Source: an uncultured SAR86 cluster bacterium (GTDB lineage: Bacteria; Pseudomonadota; Gammaproteobacteria; Magnimaribacterales; TMED112). Taken from it: a stretch of 64,000 bases of DNA. The stretch spans positions 18,222 through 82,221 of the forward strand of contig CABZLG010000003.1 in NCBI GenBank assembly GCA_902526535.1, written 5' to 3'. Within the stretch, counting starts at the first letter, position 1, and each line of letters begins with the position of its first letter. This document shows, one piece after another, positions 27,009 to 34,327 of this stretch. Position numbers and translations under genes: made by a program. Under the pieces are notes generated by a model that searched no databases, had not been told where the DNA came from, and worked only from the letters and a program-made list of their open reading frames with translations.

Positions 27009-27292
27009 TGCAAGGAAAAAAAGCAAAACATATACATATCTCAGAGGGAATGTCTCTATACACAAGAGACCGATCTCCATTTTATTGGGGATACATAAAT
27101 GTAGATGGGGAAATTTTCAAAAAAAGTCTTAAAACCGACGACAAAGATGAAGCAATAAAACTTCTCACCCTATGGAAAAACCAAATCTTAGGCGAAGGAA
27201 AAAAAGTTTTAGCACAAAATGTACAAAAAATTAGCTCATCATCAAAGAAAACTCTTATTTCAAGTACAAAACCTATCCCAAAAGAAAAATAA
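26999..27292 (+). CDS. Orphan small ORF resembling the N-terminal arm-type DNA-binding domain of tyrosine integrases (no catalytic domain)
   Basis: ORF track 26984..27292, with likely ATG starts at 26999 or 27008. GMSLYTRDRSPFYWGYINVDGEIFKKSLKTDDKDEAIKLL resembles the integrase N-terminal pattern G.Y.R...S..W.....GK....SLGT.DK.EA..LL. The C-terminus is low-complexity. Both coding status and homology are uncertain. Confidence 0.35.
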   Translation: MFKMQGKKAKHIHISEGMSLYTRDRSPFYWGYINVDGEIFKKSLKTDDKDEAIKLLTLWKNQILGEGKKVLAQNVQKISSSSKKTLISSTKPIPKEK

Positions 27293-27828
27293 ATACCACT
27301 AGAAGAAAAGCATTGCAGATAACTTCGTCTGTAGTTGGAGCAGTAACTGTTGCAGGATTTGCAGTACCATTCTTAAGCGCATGGCAGCCAAGTGAAAGAG
27401 CAAAAGCACTTGGAGCAAGTGTTAAATACGATTTGTCAAAACTTGAACCTGGTGCTATGGCTGTTGTTGAATGGAGAAGAACTCCAATTTTTATAGTTCA
27501 TCAAACTACTGAGGCTATTAAAAATTTACCATCTTTAAATCAAAAAGTTGCAAATCCGGCATTAGAAGAAGGTGTTTCAAGAACGATCAATGAGAAATTT
27601 TCAATAATTAAGGGAGTTTGTACTCATTTGTCTTGTGCACCAAAATATTATCCTGAAATAGAGCCAAAGGCTTGGGATGAAAATTGGAAAGGTGGCTTTT
27701 TCTGCCCTTGTCATGGTTCAAAATTTGATCTTGCAGGAAGGGTTTATAAAAATGTTCCCGCCCCTACAAACTTAGAAGTACCCCCTCATTCTTTTGAAGG
27801 TGATACGTTAATAATAGGAGAAGCATAA
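27289..27828 (+). CDS. petA: Ubiquinol-cytochrome c reductase Rieske iron-sulfur subunit (start codon unresolved)
   Basis: ORF track 27313..27828 (TTG start). It has the Rieske motifs CTHLSCAP and CPCHGSKF. The frame is open from 27235, and codons 27289..27312 read (I)NTTRRKA, giving a Tat-type RRKAL + SSVVGAVTVAG signal anchor like other PetA proteins. No ATG, GTG or TTG lies upstream of it, so the 5' coordinate is provisional. Confidence 0.88.
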   Translation: MNTTRRKALQITSSVVGAVTVAGFAVPFLSAWQPSERAKALGASVKYDLSKLEPGAMAVVEWRRTPIFIVHQTTEAIKNLPSLNQKVANPALEEGVSRTINEKFSIIKGVCTHLSCAPKYYPEIEPKAWDENWKGGFFCPCHGSKFDLAGRVYKNVPAPTNLEVPPHSFEGDTLIIGEA

Positions 27829-29069
27829 TGGCGAGCAAAAATTCTTTAATGACCTGGATAGATAGAAGACTTCCAGTTACAGAAAATCTTGAAAGACATC
27901 TTACAAAACATCCAGTTCCAAGCAAAGTAAATTTCTTTTATCTATTTGGAGCATTGTTAATGGTAGTTTTCATGATACAAGTTATAACAGGTATCTGGTT
28001 GATGATGTTTTATACCAATACAGAAGAGGGTGCCTTTGCAAGTGTTGAGTACATCATGAGAGATGTTGAATATGGATGGTTAATGAGGTATATGCACAGC
28101 ACTGGAGCTAGTGCATTCTTCTTTTTAATGTATTTCCATATGTTTCGAGGCTTGCTTTATGGCTCATATCAAAAACCTAAAGAATTAGTGTGGTTATTTG
28201 GTTGTTTTTTACTATTTTTACTAATGGCTGAGGGTTTTTTGGGATATGTTCTTCCATGGGGTCAAATGTCATATTGGGCAGCAAATGTAATTCTTTCACT
28301 TTTTGGTGCAATTCCCTTTATAGGTGAATCTTTACAAGTTTGGATTCAAGGTGATTATGTTTTATCTGGAGCAACATTATCTAGATTTTTTGCATTGCAT
28401 GTAGTGGTAGTTCCTCTGTTAATGATAGCACTGGTAGTTTTTCATATTTTCGCGTTACATGAAGTAGGCGCAGGAAATCCTGAAGGTGTTGATATAGAAA
28501 AATACAGAGATAAAACTGGCATGCCTTTGGATGGCAAGCCATTCCATCCATACAAAACATTTGGAGCTCTCCCTGCAATTGGGATCTTTTTTATAGTGTT
28601 TTTTGCAATAGTTTACTATGCACCAACAGGCGGTGGGTATTTCATAGAAAAACCAAATTTTGAAGAGGCAAATTTCCTCAAAACACCAGAGCATATTGCA
28701 CCTGTTTGGTATTATGCTCCTTTTTATTCAATTCTTAGAGCTGTAACTTTTGGCATACCATTTTTAGGTATTACTAGTAAATTTTTAGGATTTATAATTT
28801 TTGCTGCAAGTATTGCGATTTTATTCATCGTTCCTTGGTTAGATCGGTCTAAAGTTCAAAGCATTAGATACAAAGGTATCTTCAGTAAAATTGCAATGAT
28901 AATGTTTGCAACTTCTTTCATTACATTAGGTTACCTTGGAACAAAACCAGTTAATGAAATTAGGACTTTTATTGCTCAAATATGTACTGTTTTTTATTTC
29001 TTGCCGTTCCTACTAATGCCAATTTACACAAAATATGAAAAAACGCTTGAGGTACCAGATAGACTGTGA
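27828..29069 (+). CDS. petB: Cytochrome b (bc1 complex)
   Basis: 413 aa polytopic protein with cytochrome b motifs (WLMRYMHSTGASAFF, LPWGQMSYWAA, FALHVVVVP, the PEHIAPVWY region). The start overlaps the petA stop (TAATG). Confidence 0.96.
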   Translation: MASKNSLMTWIDRRLPVTENLERHLTKHPVPSKVNFFYLFGALLMVVFMIQVITGIWLMMFYTNTEEGAFASVEYIMRDVEYGWLMRYMHSTGASAFFFLMYFHMFRGLLYGSYQKPKELVWLFGCFLLFLLMAEGFLGYVLPWGQMSYWAANVILSLFGAIPFIGESLQVWIQGDYVLSGATLSRFFALHVVVVPLLMIALVVFHIFALHEVGAGNPEGVDIEKYRDKTGMPLDGKPFHPYKTFGALPAIGIFFIVFFAIVYYAPTGGGYFIEKPNFEEANFLKTPEHIAPVWYYAPFYSILRAVTFGIPFLGITSKFLGFIIFAASIAILFIVPWLDRSKVQSIRYKGIFSKIAMIMFATSFITLGYLGTKPVNEIRTFIAQICTVFYFLPFLLMPIYTKYEKTLEVPDRL

Positions 29070-29084
29070 AAAACTTAATTCTCT

Positions 29085-29753
29085 TTGCTTTTTTTTATTT
29101 CACTCTTTGGAAATACAGCAGGAGAAAATAAATGTGGAGAACTCGAAAAGTGTTATTCATTTAATTCATCAGTCCATGACAGGGACTCGCTCCAAAGAGG
29201 TCTAGGTGTTTATAAAAATTATTGTTCAAGCTGTCATACGCTCAGATATCTAAGATGGAACAGACTTCAGAGAGATTTAGATATTCCTGAAACAGTATTA
29301 GTTGATGATCTGATTTCTAACGAAAATGTAAAAACCTCAGATTTTGTTACCTTCGGCCTTCCTGAAATTTCTCCAATTGGCGCACCTGATTTAACACTTC
29401 GAACAAGAGTGCGTGGAGATGATTGGATTTACACTTATTTACAAACATTTTATCAAGATACATCACAAGCAACAGGTTCAAATAATTTAGTTTATCCAGG
29501 AACTGCTATGGCAAATATCCTTATTGGCTTGCAGGGATCTCAAGAGCTTGACAGCGATGGTAAACTGGTACTTTCAAGCAAAGGAGCTCTAGAACCAGAA
29601 CAATTTGATTCTGCAATGGAAGATCTTGTAAACTTCTTGGCTTATGCCTCAGAACCGGCGAGAGTTGAAAGAGAGAGGAACGGAATATATGTAATTTTGT
29701 TTTTTGTTGTCTTTACTGCGGTAATGTGGCTTTTATATAGGGAATATAAATGA
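29085..29753 (+). CDS. petC: Cytochrome c1 (bc1 complex), 5' end ambiguous
   Basis: 222 aa with the heme motif CSSCH, APDLTLRTRVRGDDWIYTYLQTFY and a C-terminal TM anchor. A GTG at 29066 overlapping the petB stop encodes a better signal peptide (MKNLILFAFF...) but is out of frame by 1 nt across a T8 run (29089..29096). Confidence 0.9.
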   Translation: MLFFISLFGNTAGENKCGELEKCYSFNSSVHDRDSLQRGLGVYKNYCSSCHTLRYLRWNRLQRDLDIPETVLVDDLISNENVKTSDFVTFGLPEISPIGAPDLTLRTRVRGDDWIYTYLQTFYQDTSQATGSNNLVYPGTAMANILIGLQGSQELDSDGKLVLSSKGALEPEQFDSAMEDLVNFLAYASEPARVERERNGIYVILFFVVFTAVMWLLYREYK

Positions 29754-30370
29754 TTTTTTATTCAGAGGAAAAAGGACATTTTAGCCATATGGTAAGAATA
29801 GTACTTGCTGAAAAAGATATTGCTTGTGAGATAAAAGAGCACGATCCTGATGGAAAATTACCTGAAGAATTAGCTACCTTATCTCCGTATAATAAACTAC
29901 CAGTCATTGTCGATAGAGAGGTAACAATTTATGAACCAAGAATTATATTAGAGTATCTTGATGAAAGGTTTCCTCATCCACCATTGCTTCCAATCTATCC
30001 TAATGAAAAAGCTGAGTGTAAGCTTCTAATACAAAGAATCGAAAATGATTGGCTTCCAATAATTGATAAAATGATGGCTCCAAATGTTTCACAAAAAGAT
30101 TTTGATGCAAACAAAAAACTACTTGCAGCACTTTTGTCTGGTATTGTATTAATTCTTAAAGAGAAACCATACTTCATGAGCGATGAATTTACACTTGTTG
30201 ACTGTTACATGTCTGCAATTTTATATCGATTACCATATTTAGGAGTGGCCATTCCAAAAAGTAAAAATTTTGAAAGTGTTAAAAAATATCAGGATAAGCT
30301 TTTCTCACGTCCAAGTTTTGATCTTTCTTTAACAGATACCGAAAGGGATTTAAAATACTCTTTTAGTTAA
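29750..30370 (+). CDS. sspA: Stringent starvation protein A (GST-like)
   Basis: 206 aa. HMVRIVLAEK..VDRE..IYEPRIILEYLDERFPHPPLLP..KPYFMSDEFTLVDCY is a near-colinear match to E. coli SspA. It follows petABC as in Pseudomonas. Confidence 0.93.
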   Translation: MIFYSEEKGHFSHMVRIVLAEKDIACEIKEHDPDGKLPEELATLSPYNKLPVIVDREVTIYEPRIILEYLDERFPHPPLLPIYPNEKAECKLLIQRIENDWLPIIDKMMAPNVSQKDFDANKKLLAALLSGIVLILKEKPYFMSDEFTLVDCYMSAILYRLPYLGVAIPKSKNFESVKKYQDKLFSRPSFDLSLTDTERDLKYSFS

Positions 30371-30372
30371 GA

Positions 30373-30909
30373 TCACTCTACAAATTTGATTCGCTGCACA
30401 CTCATCTCATAGGGATCAAATTCTTGCTTGTAATACTCTCTAAGAGTATTAATTTCATAATCTAGACCAAAATTAAAACGTACATATGCAGCTATTTGGT
30501 AAAGCTCATATTCATCATTTGAAATAATATGGATATAATCGAAATCTTCTCTAACTCTATGAACTAATCTTAATTTTTCTATTCCTGAATTCAATAGTTC
30601 TTCATATTTCAATTCTCCAAGAGAAATGTTTAAAAATTCACTAATTTTTGAATCTAAGTCATTTTCAACAACAAGAATTTCAGAACTTATATCATTATCG
30701 TTCAGTCTTTTTTCTAATGCTTCGAGTTGACTGGACATTTTTTTGTTAGCAATAATTGCAATTTTAGATTTATTTAAATGTTTAATGTTTTTTGCTAATT
30801 GTTCATATTTTTCGTTAATTTTTGAATTATTAAGTTGATTGCTTTTTAATGGCTCAGCCAATATGTAGGATGAAAAAAATAGAACTGATATAAAATAGAT
30901 TTTTTGCAT
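30373..30909 (-). CDS. Hypothetical exported protein (178 aa, signal peptide)
   Basis: The N-terminus MQKIYFISVLFFSSYILA|EP looks like a signal peptide. No family recognised. It sits divergent to rsmI in the slot held by lpoA in E. coli and Pseudomonas, but it is far too short to call LpoA. Confidence 0.55.
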   Translation of the reverse strand: MQKIYFISVLFFSSYILAEPLKSNQLNNSKINEKYEQLAKNIKHLNKSKIAIIANKKMSSQLEALEKRLNDNDISSEILVVENDLDSKISEFLNISLGELKYEELLNSGIEKLRLVHRVREDFDYIHIISNDEYELYQIAAYVRFNFGLDYEINTLREYYKQEFDPYEMSVQRIKFVE

Positions 30910-31737
30910 ATGAACTTTTACATTATACCCACTCCAATTGGCAACCTTAATGATTTCACTGAAAGGGGGAAAAAAATAATAAAAAATTTAGATGTTTTAA
31001 TAGTTGAGAGTAAAAAAAAATCAAGAATACTTCTGGAAGAAATAAATGTTAAAGATAAGAGAATATTAATATATAACGATAGTTCTGATGCAAGTAACAG
31101 AAAAGGAATTTTAGATATTCTGAAAGCAGGAAAGGTTTGCGGGTTAATTTCTGACGCAGGAACTCCATTGATTTCTGATCCTGGCTATAAGTTAATAAGG
31201 TATTTAATAGATAATCATATCAATGTAGTGCCCCTCCCAGGAGCCACCTCTATAACAACTGGGCTAATAGCTAGTGGACTTCCTACAGATAAATTTCAAT
31301 TTTTGGGATTTTTCCCCAAAACAGTTAAAGATAAGAGAAGTTTTTTCAGTGAACTAAATAGAAAAAATATAACTTCAATTTTTTTTGAATCCTCGCATAG
31401 AATTCAGCAAACACTCGAAGATATTTTTTTAGTTTATCCAAACTCTGAGTTAGTGGTTGCTAAAGAATTAACAAAAATACATGAAAAGTTTCTTAGAGGT
31501 GCCCCGGAAAAAATACTTAATGAATTTAAATTAGATAAAAATTTAAGTTCAGGTGAATTTGTAATCTTATTTTATAAGGATGATATTGTTGAAGATTTCT
31601 CAAATGCAGATTTGTTATTCAATTTGTTAAAGGATAAAGTTCCCTTAAAAGAAATTGCTAAACTCTCTGAGAAATTATTCAAAAATAACAAAAATAAAAT
31701 ATATAAAAGATATTTGTCTTTTACTAAAAAGAGTTGA
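30904..31737 (+). CDS. rsmI: 16S rRNA (cytidine1402-2'-O)-methyltransferase
   Basis: 277 aa with YIIPTPIGNL, LISDAGTPLISDPG and PGATSITTGL (tetrapyrrole-methylase fold). The likely start is ATG 30910, which directly abuts the divergent gene's ATG. Confidence 0.9.
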   Translation: MHMNFYIIPTPIGNLNDFTERGKKIIKNLDVLIVESKKKSRILLEEINVKDKRILIYNDSSDASNRKGILDILKAGKVCGLISDAGTPLISDPGYKLIRYLIDNHINVVPLPGATSITTGLIASGLPTDKFQFLGFFPKTVKDKRSFFSELNRKNITSIFFESSHRIQQTLEDIFLVYPNSELVVAKELTKIHEKFLRGAPEKILNEFKLDKNLSSGEFVILFYKDDIVEDFSNADLLFNLLKDKVPLKEIAKLSEKLFKNNKNKIYKRYLSFTKKS

Positions 31738-31749
31738 TATTATATTGTG

Positions 31750-32080
31750 CTGAGTTGGTCGAGCTATCGCTCTATTTAATAGAGAGGAAAGTCCGGACTT
31801 CAAAGAGCAGAGTGCCAGTTAACTGCTGGAGAGCGTGAGCTCATGGAAAGTACAACAGAAAATATACCGCCGAAAGGTAAGGGTGAAAAGGTGAGGTAAG
31901 AGCTCACCGCTTAAGATAAAAGTCTTAAGGCACTGGAAACCCCACTCGAAGCAATGCCAAATAGAGGTTATATCATGTTGCTCGCATGTGATCTGGGTAG
32001 GCAGCGAGAGCATTTTGGTGACAAAGTGCCAAGATAGATGATAGCTAAAACAGAATCCGGCTTATAGACCAACTCAATTC
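31750..32080 (+). ncRNA. rnpB: RNase P RNA, bacterial type A (compact, ~330 nt)
   Basis: It has the universally conserved GAGGAAAGTCCGG, plus GTGCCAG, ACAGAAAATATACCGCC, GGTAAGGGTGAAAAGGTG.GGTAAGAGC, CAAATAGAGG and ACAGAATCCGGCTTA. P1 pairs GAGTTGGTC (31752..31760) with GACCAACTC (32067..32075). It is colinear with E. coli M1 RNA as I recall it. The ends are accurate to about 5 nt. Confidence 0.95.
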
Positions 32081-32099
32081 TCTCGATTAAAATTTCAAT

Positions 32100-33196
32100 A
32101 TGTCTACTTGGAAGATTCTAGATGAAGACTTTGATAAAGCAAAAATAATGGCTTTAGGTGTTGGAGGGTGTGGAGGAAACATTATTAGCAATATTGCAGA
32201 CTCAGGAGTCAATGGAATAGAGCTCGTTTCAATAAATACTGACAGCCAAGAACAAAATATTATTCATAAATCAAAAAAAATTAGAATAGGCGATGGGCAC
32301 GGGGCTGGAAATAACCCTGAATCTGCAAATAAAATTGCTCAAGATTCAAAAGATTTAATAACAAAGATTTTTGATGAAAAGCCGGAAGTGTTATTTCTTG
32401 CAGCTGGAATGGGCGGAGGAACAGGTACAGGTGCAACACCAGTAATTGCAAGAATTGCAAAAGAGTTAGAAATTTTGACTATTGCACTCGTTACTACCCC
32501 TTTTGAAAGTGAAGGAGATAGAAAAAAAGATCAAGCCCAACAAGGCATTGATAGTCTAATTAATCTTGTTGATTGTTTGATTGAAATTCCAAATCAAAAA
32601 ATTTATGAGGTAAGTAAAGACAAAATTGGAAATACAGCAGCTGCATATAAATTATTAAATGACGAAATAAAAAATATTATCGAAGAAATCAGTAGTATGC
32701 TTCTTCATCCAAACAAAAAAATATAGATTTTTCTGATCTGAAGTCTGTAATAAAAGGGAATGGTTATGCAATAGTTGGTCTAGGTGAATCTTCTGGCCAA
32801 AATAGAACTAAAAATGCAATCGACAAAGCATTAACAAATCCTTTTTTTAATCAAAGAGATATTCGTGATGCAAAAGGAGTGATATTTTTTATGAAAGGAA
32901 GTAATGATTTTTCCTTTAATGAATTTGAGGAAGGAAGGAATGCTGCAAAAAATCTCGCTGAAGGAAACGCCCAATTTATTAATGGATTCTCAACAGATGA
33001 AGAAATGGGTGAAAATGTTTCAGTTATGTTTATTGCTACAGGGTTGCGAAGAAGAAGAGGGAGTTTCATAGATCAAAAAGTTCATATAGCAATTGATAAC
33101 ATTGGAAAGCTCGAAGAGGAAACAGGCGAATTTGTAAATATTGATGGCATGCCAAAAACTGATGTTAAAAAATTTTTGAAAGGAGCAAAAAATTAA
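32100..33196 (+). CDS. ftsZ: Cell division protein FtsZ, frameshifted as sequenced and located upstream of rsmH
   Basis: ORF track fragments are 32100..32726 (GVGGCGGN, NTDSQ, AGMGGGTGTGA tubulin signature, PFESEG) and 32879..33196 (C-terminal domain and tail ..KKFLKG). The unassigned segment 32723..32878 translates without stops as IDFSDLKSVIKGNGYAIVGLGESSG.., which covers the T7 loop and the start of the C-domain. The frame switch occurs at an A7 run, 32715..32721. Confidence 0.92.
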
Positions 33197-34076
33197 ACAT
33201 TTTCCTGTACTTCTCAACGAATCTATTAAGGCATTATCAGTAAAAAAGACAGGAAATTATCTTGACTGTACCTTTGGAAGAGGTGGTCATTCTAAAAAGA
33301 TTCTTTCTTTGCTATCAACTGGAAAACTCACATCTTTTGATTTAGATCCCGAATCTGAAAAATCAGCCGCTGAAATTAAAAGTTCTAAATTTAATTTTAT
33401 AAGAGCAAATTTTTCTGAAGTTTCTTGTTTCTTTCAAAACTTATCTTTAGATGGTGTAATTATTGATTGTGGTGTGTCATCACCTCAAATTGATCAGCCT
33501 GAAAGAGGTTTTAGCTTTCAAAAAGACGGGCCACTTGATATGAGATTTGGCGATTCTACTTCTAAAACATGCTATGACGTAGTTAACTTTTATTCAGAAA
33601 AAAACTTAGCAAAAGTATTCAAAGAGTTCGGAGAAGAAAAGCAATCAAAAAAAATTGCGAAAGCAATATGCGAACAAAGAGAAAAACTGAAATTTGAGAC
33701 AACAATGCAGCTTGCAATTTTTATTAAGAAGATAAAAAAAACAAGAGAAAAGAAAAATCCAGCTACAAAGACCTTCCAGGCGCTAAGAATGGAAGTCAAT
33801 TCTGAAATAGATAATCTCCAAAAATGTCTGATTTCACTAAAAAATCTCATGAAAAGAGGTGGAAAGATTGTAGTTATTTCATTTCATTCTATTGAGGACA
33901 GATTGGTAAAAAATTTATTTAAACATAAAGAAAATATTCACGAAAAAAGCATCCCTATTAAAAAAGATCCTTCACCTGAATTTGCAGTGAGTAAACTGAT
34001 AACTCCTTCAGTTCAAGAAGTAGAAATGAATGTAAGGTCAAGAAGTGCTAGGATGAGGATAATTACAAAACTATGA
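33192..34076 (+). CDS. rsmH: 16S rRNA (cytosine1402-N4)-methyltransferase RsmH/MraW (apparent ATT start)
   Basis: ORF track 33309..34076 (TTG start). The frame is open from 33180 and encodes KHFPVLLNESIKAL..GNYLDCTFGRGGHS, the conserved RsmH N-terminus (E. coli YKHTTVLLDEAV...DGTFGRGGHS). The only plausible initiator is ATT 33192, which lies 6 nt after AAGGAG. Confidence 0.9.
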   Translation: MKHFPVLLNESIKALSVKKTGNYLDCTFGRGGHSKKILSLLSTGKLTSFDLDPESEKSAAEIKSSKFNFIRANFSEVSCFFQNLSLDGVIIDCGVSSPQIDQPERGFSFQKDGPLDMRFGDSTSKTCYDVVNFYSEKNLAKVFKEFGEEKQSKKIAKAICEQREKLKFETTMQLAIFIKKIKKTREKKNPATKTFQALRMEVNSEIDNLQKCLISLKNLMKRGGKIVVISFHSIEDRLVKNLFKHKENIHEKSIPIKKDPSPEFAVSKLITPSVQEVEMNVRSRSARMRIITKL

Positions 34077-34327
34077 GTAAGAAAACTATTATTTTTATTT
34101 TTCTATTATTCCTTTTTTCGGCATTAGCATTTTATAAAGTTAAGCTTGTCTATGACTATAAAAAAGATTTCGAACAACTATCAAAAATCGAAAGAAAAAT
34201 ATCAATTCTTAAAGATCAAAATGCCAAACTCAAACTTGAAATATCTCTTATTGACTCCTCTCCATATATTTATGAAAAAGCATTGAAAATCGGAATGATC
34301 GAACCGCAAAAAATTAATAAGCTATGA
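34073..34327 (+). CDS. ftsL: Cell division protein FtsL
   Basis: 84 aa bitopic protein with a coiled-coil region, between rsmH and ftsI. Confidence 0.8.
   Translation: MSKKTIIFIFLLFLFSALAFYKVKLVYDYKKDFEQLSKIERKISILKDQNAKLKLEISLIDSSPYIYEKALKIGMIEPQKINKL

Noticed and set aside
31819-32013. 64-aa minus-strand ORF
   Set aside because: It lies entirely inside the RNase P RNA gene, and the region is explained by conserved rnpB structure elements.
32070-32080. 11-mer CAACTCAATTC shared between the 3' end of rnpB and the ispE-hemA spacer (3970..3980)
   Set aside because: A single shared 11-mer in 64 kb of AT-rich sequence is well within chance expectation, and there is no extended similarity around it.
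33162-33179. rsmH starting at ATG 33162 with read-through or recoding of the in-frame TGA at 33177
   Set aside because: TGA is used as an ordinary stop elsewhere in the window (for example ftsA and petB). The ATG..TGA stretch lies within the ftsZ C-terminal coding region and adds no conserved RsmH sequence. ATT 33192 with a perfect Shine-Dalgarno sequence is simpler.
32100-33196. Reading the two ftsZ ORFs as two separate genes or as a truncated FtsZ paralogue plus an unrelated small protein. The same reading was considered for the kdsD and murG fragments.
   Set aside because: In each case the uncalled segment between the fragments encodes, without stops, exactly the missing conserved middle part of the protein. 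The frame change also maps to a homopolymer. A single interrupted gene is the simpler reading.
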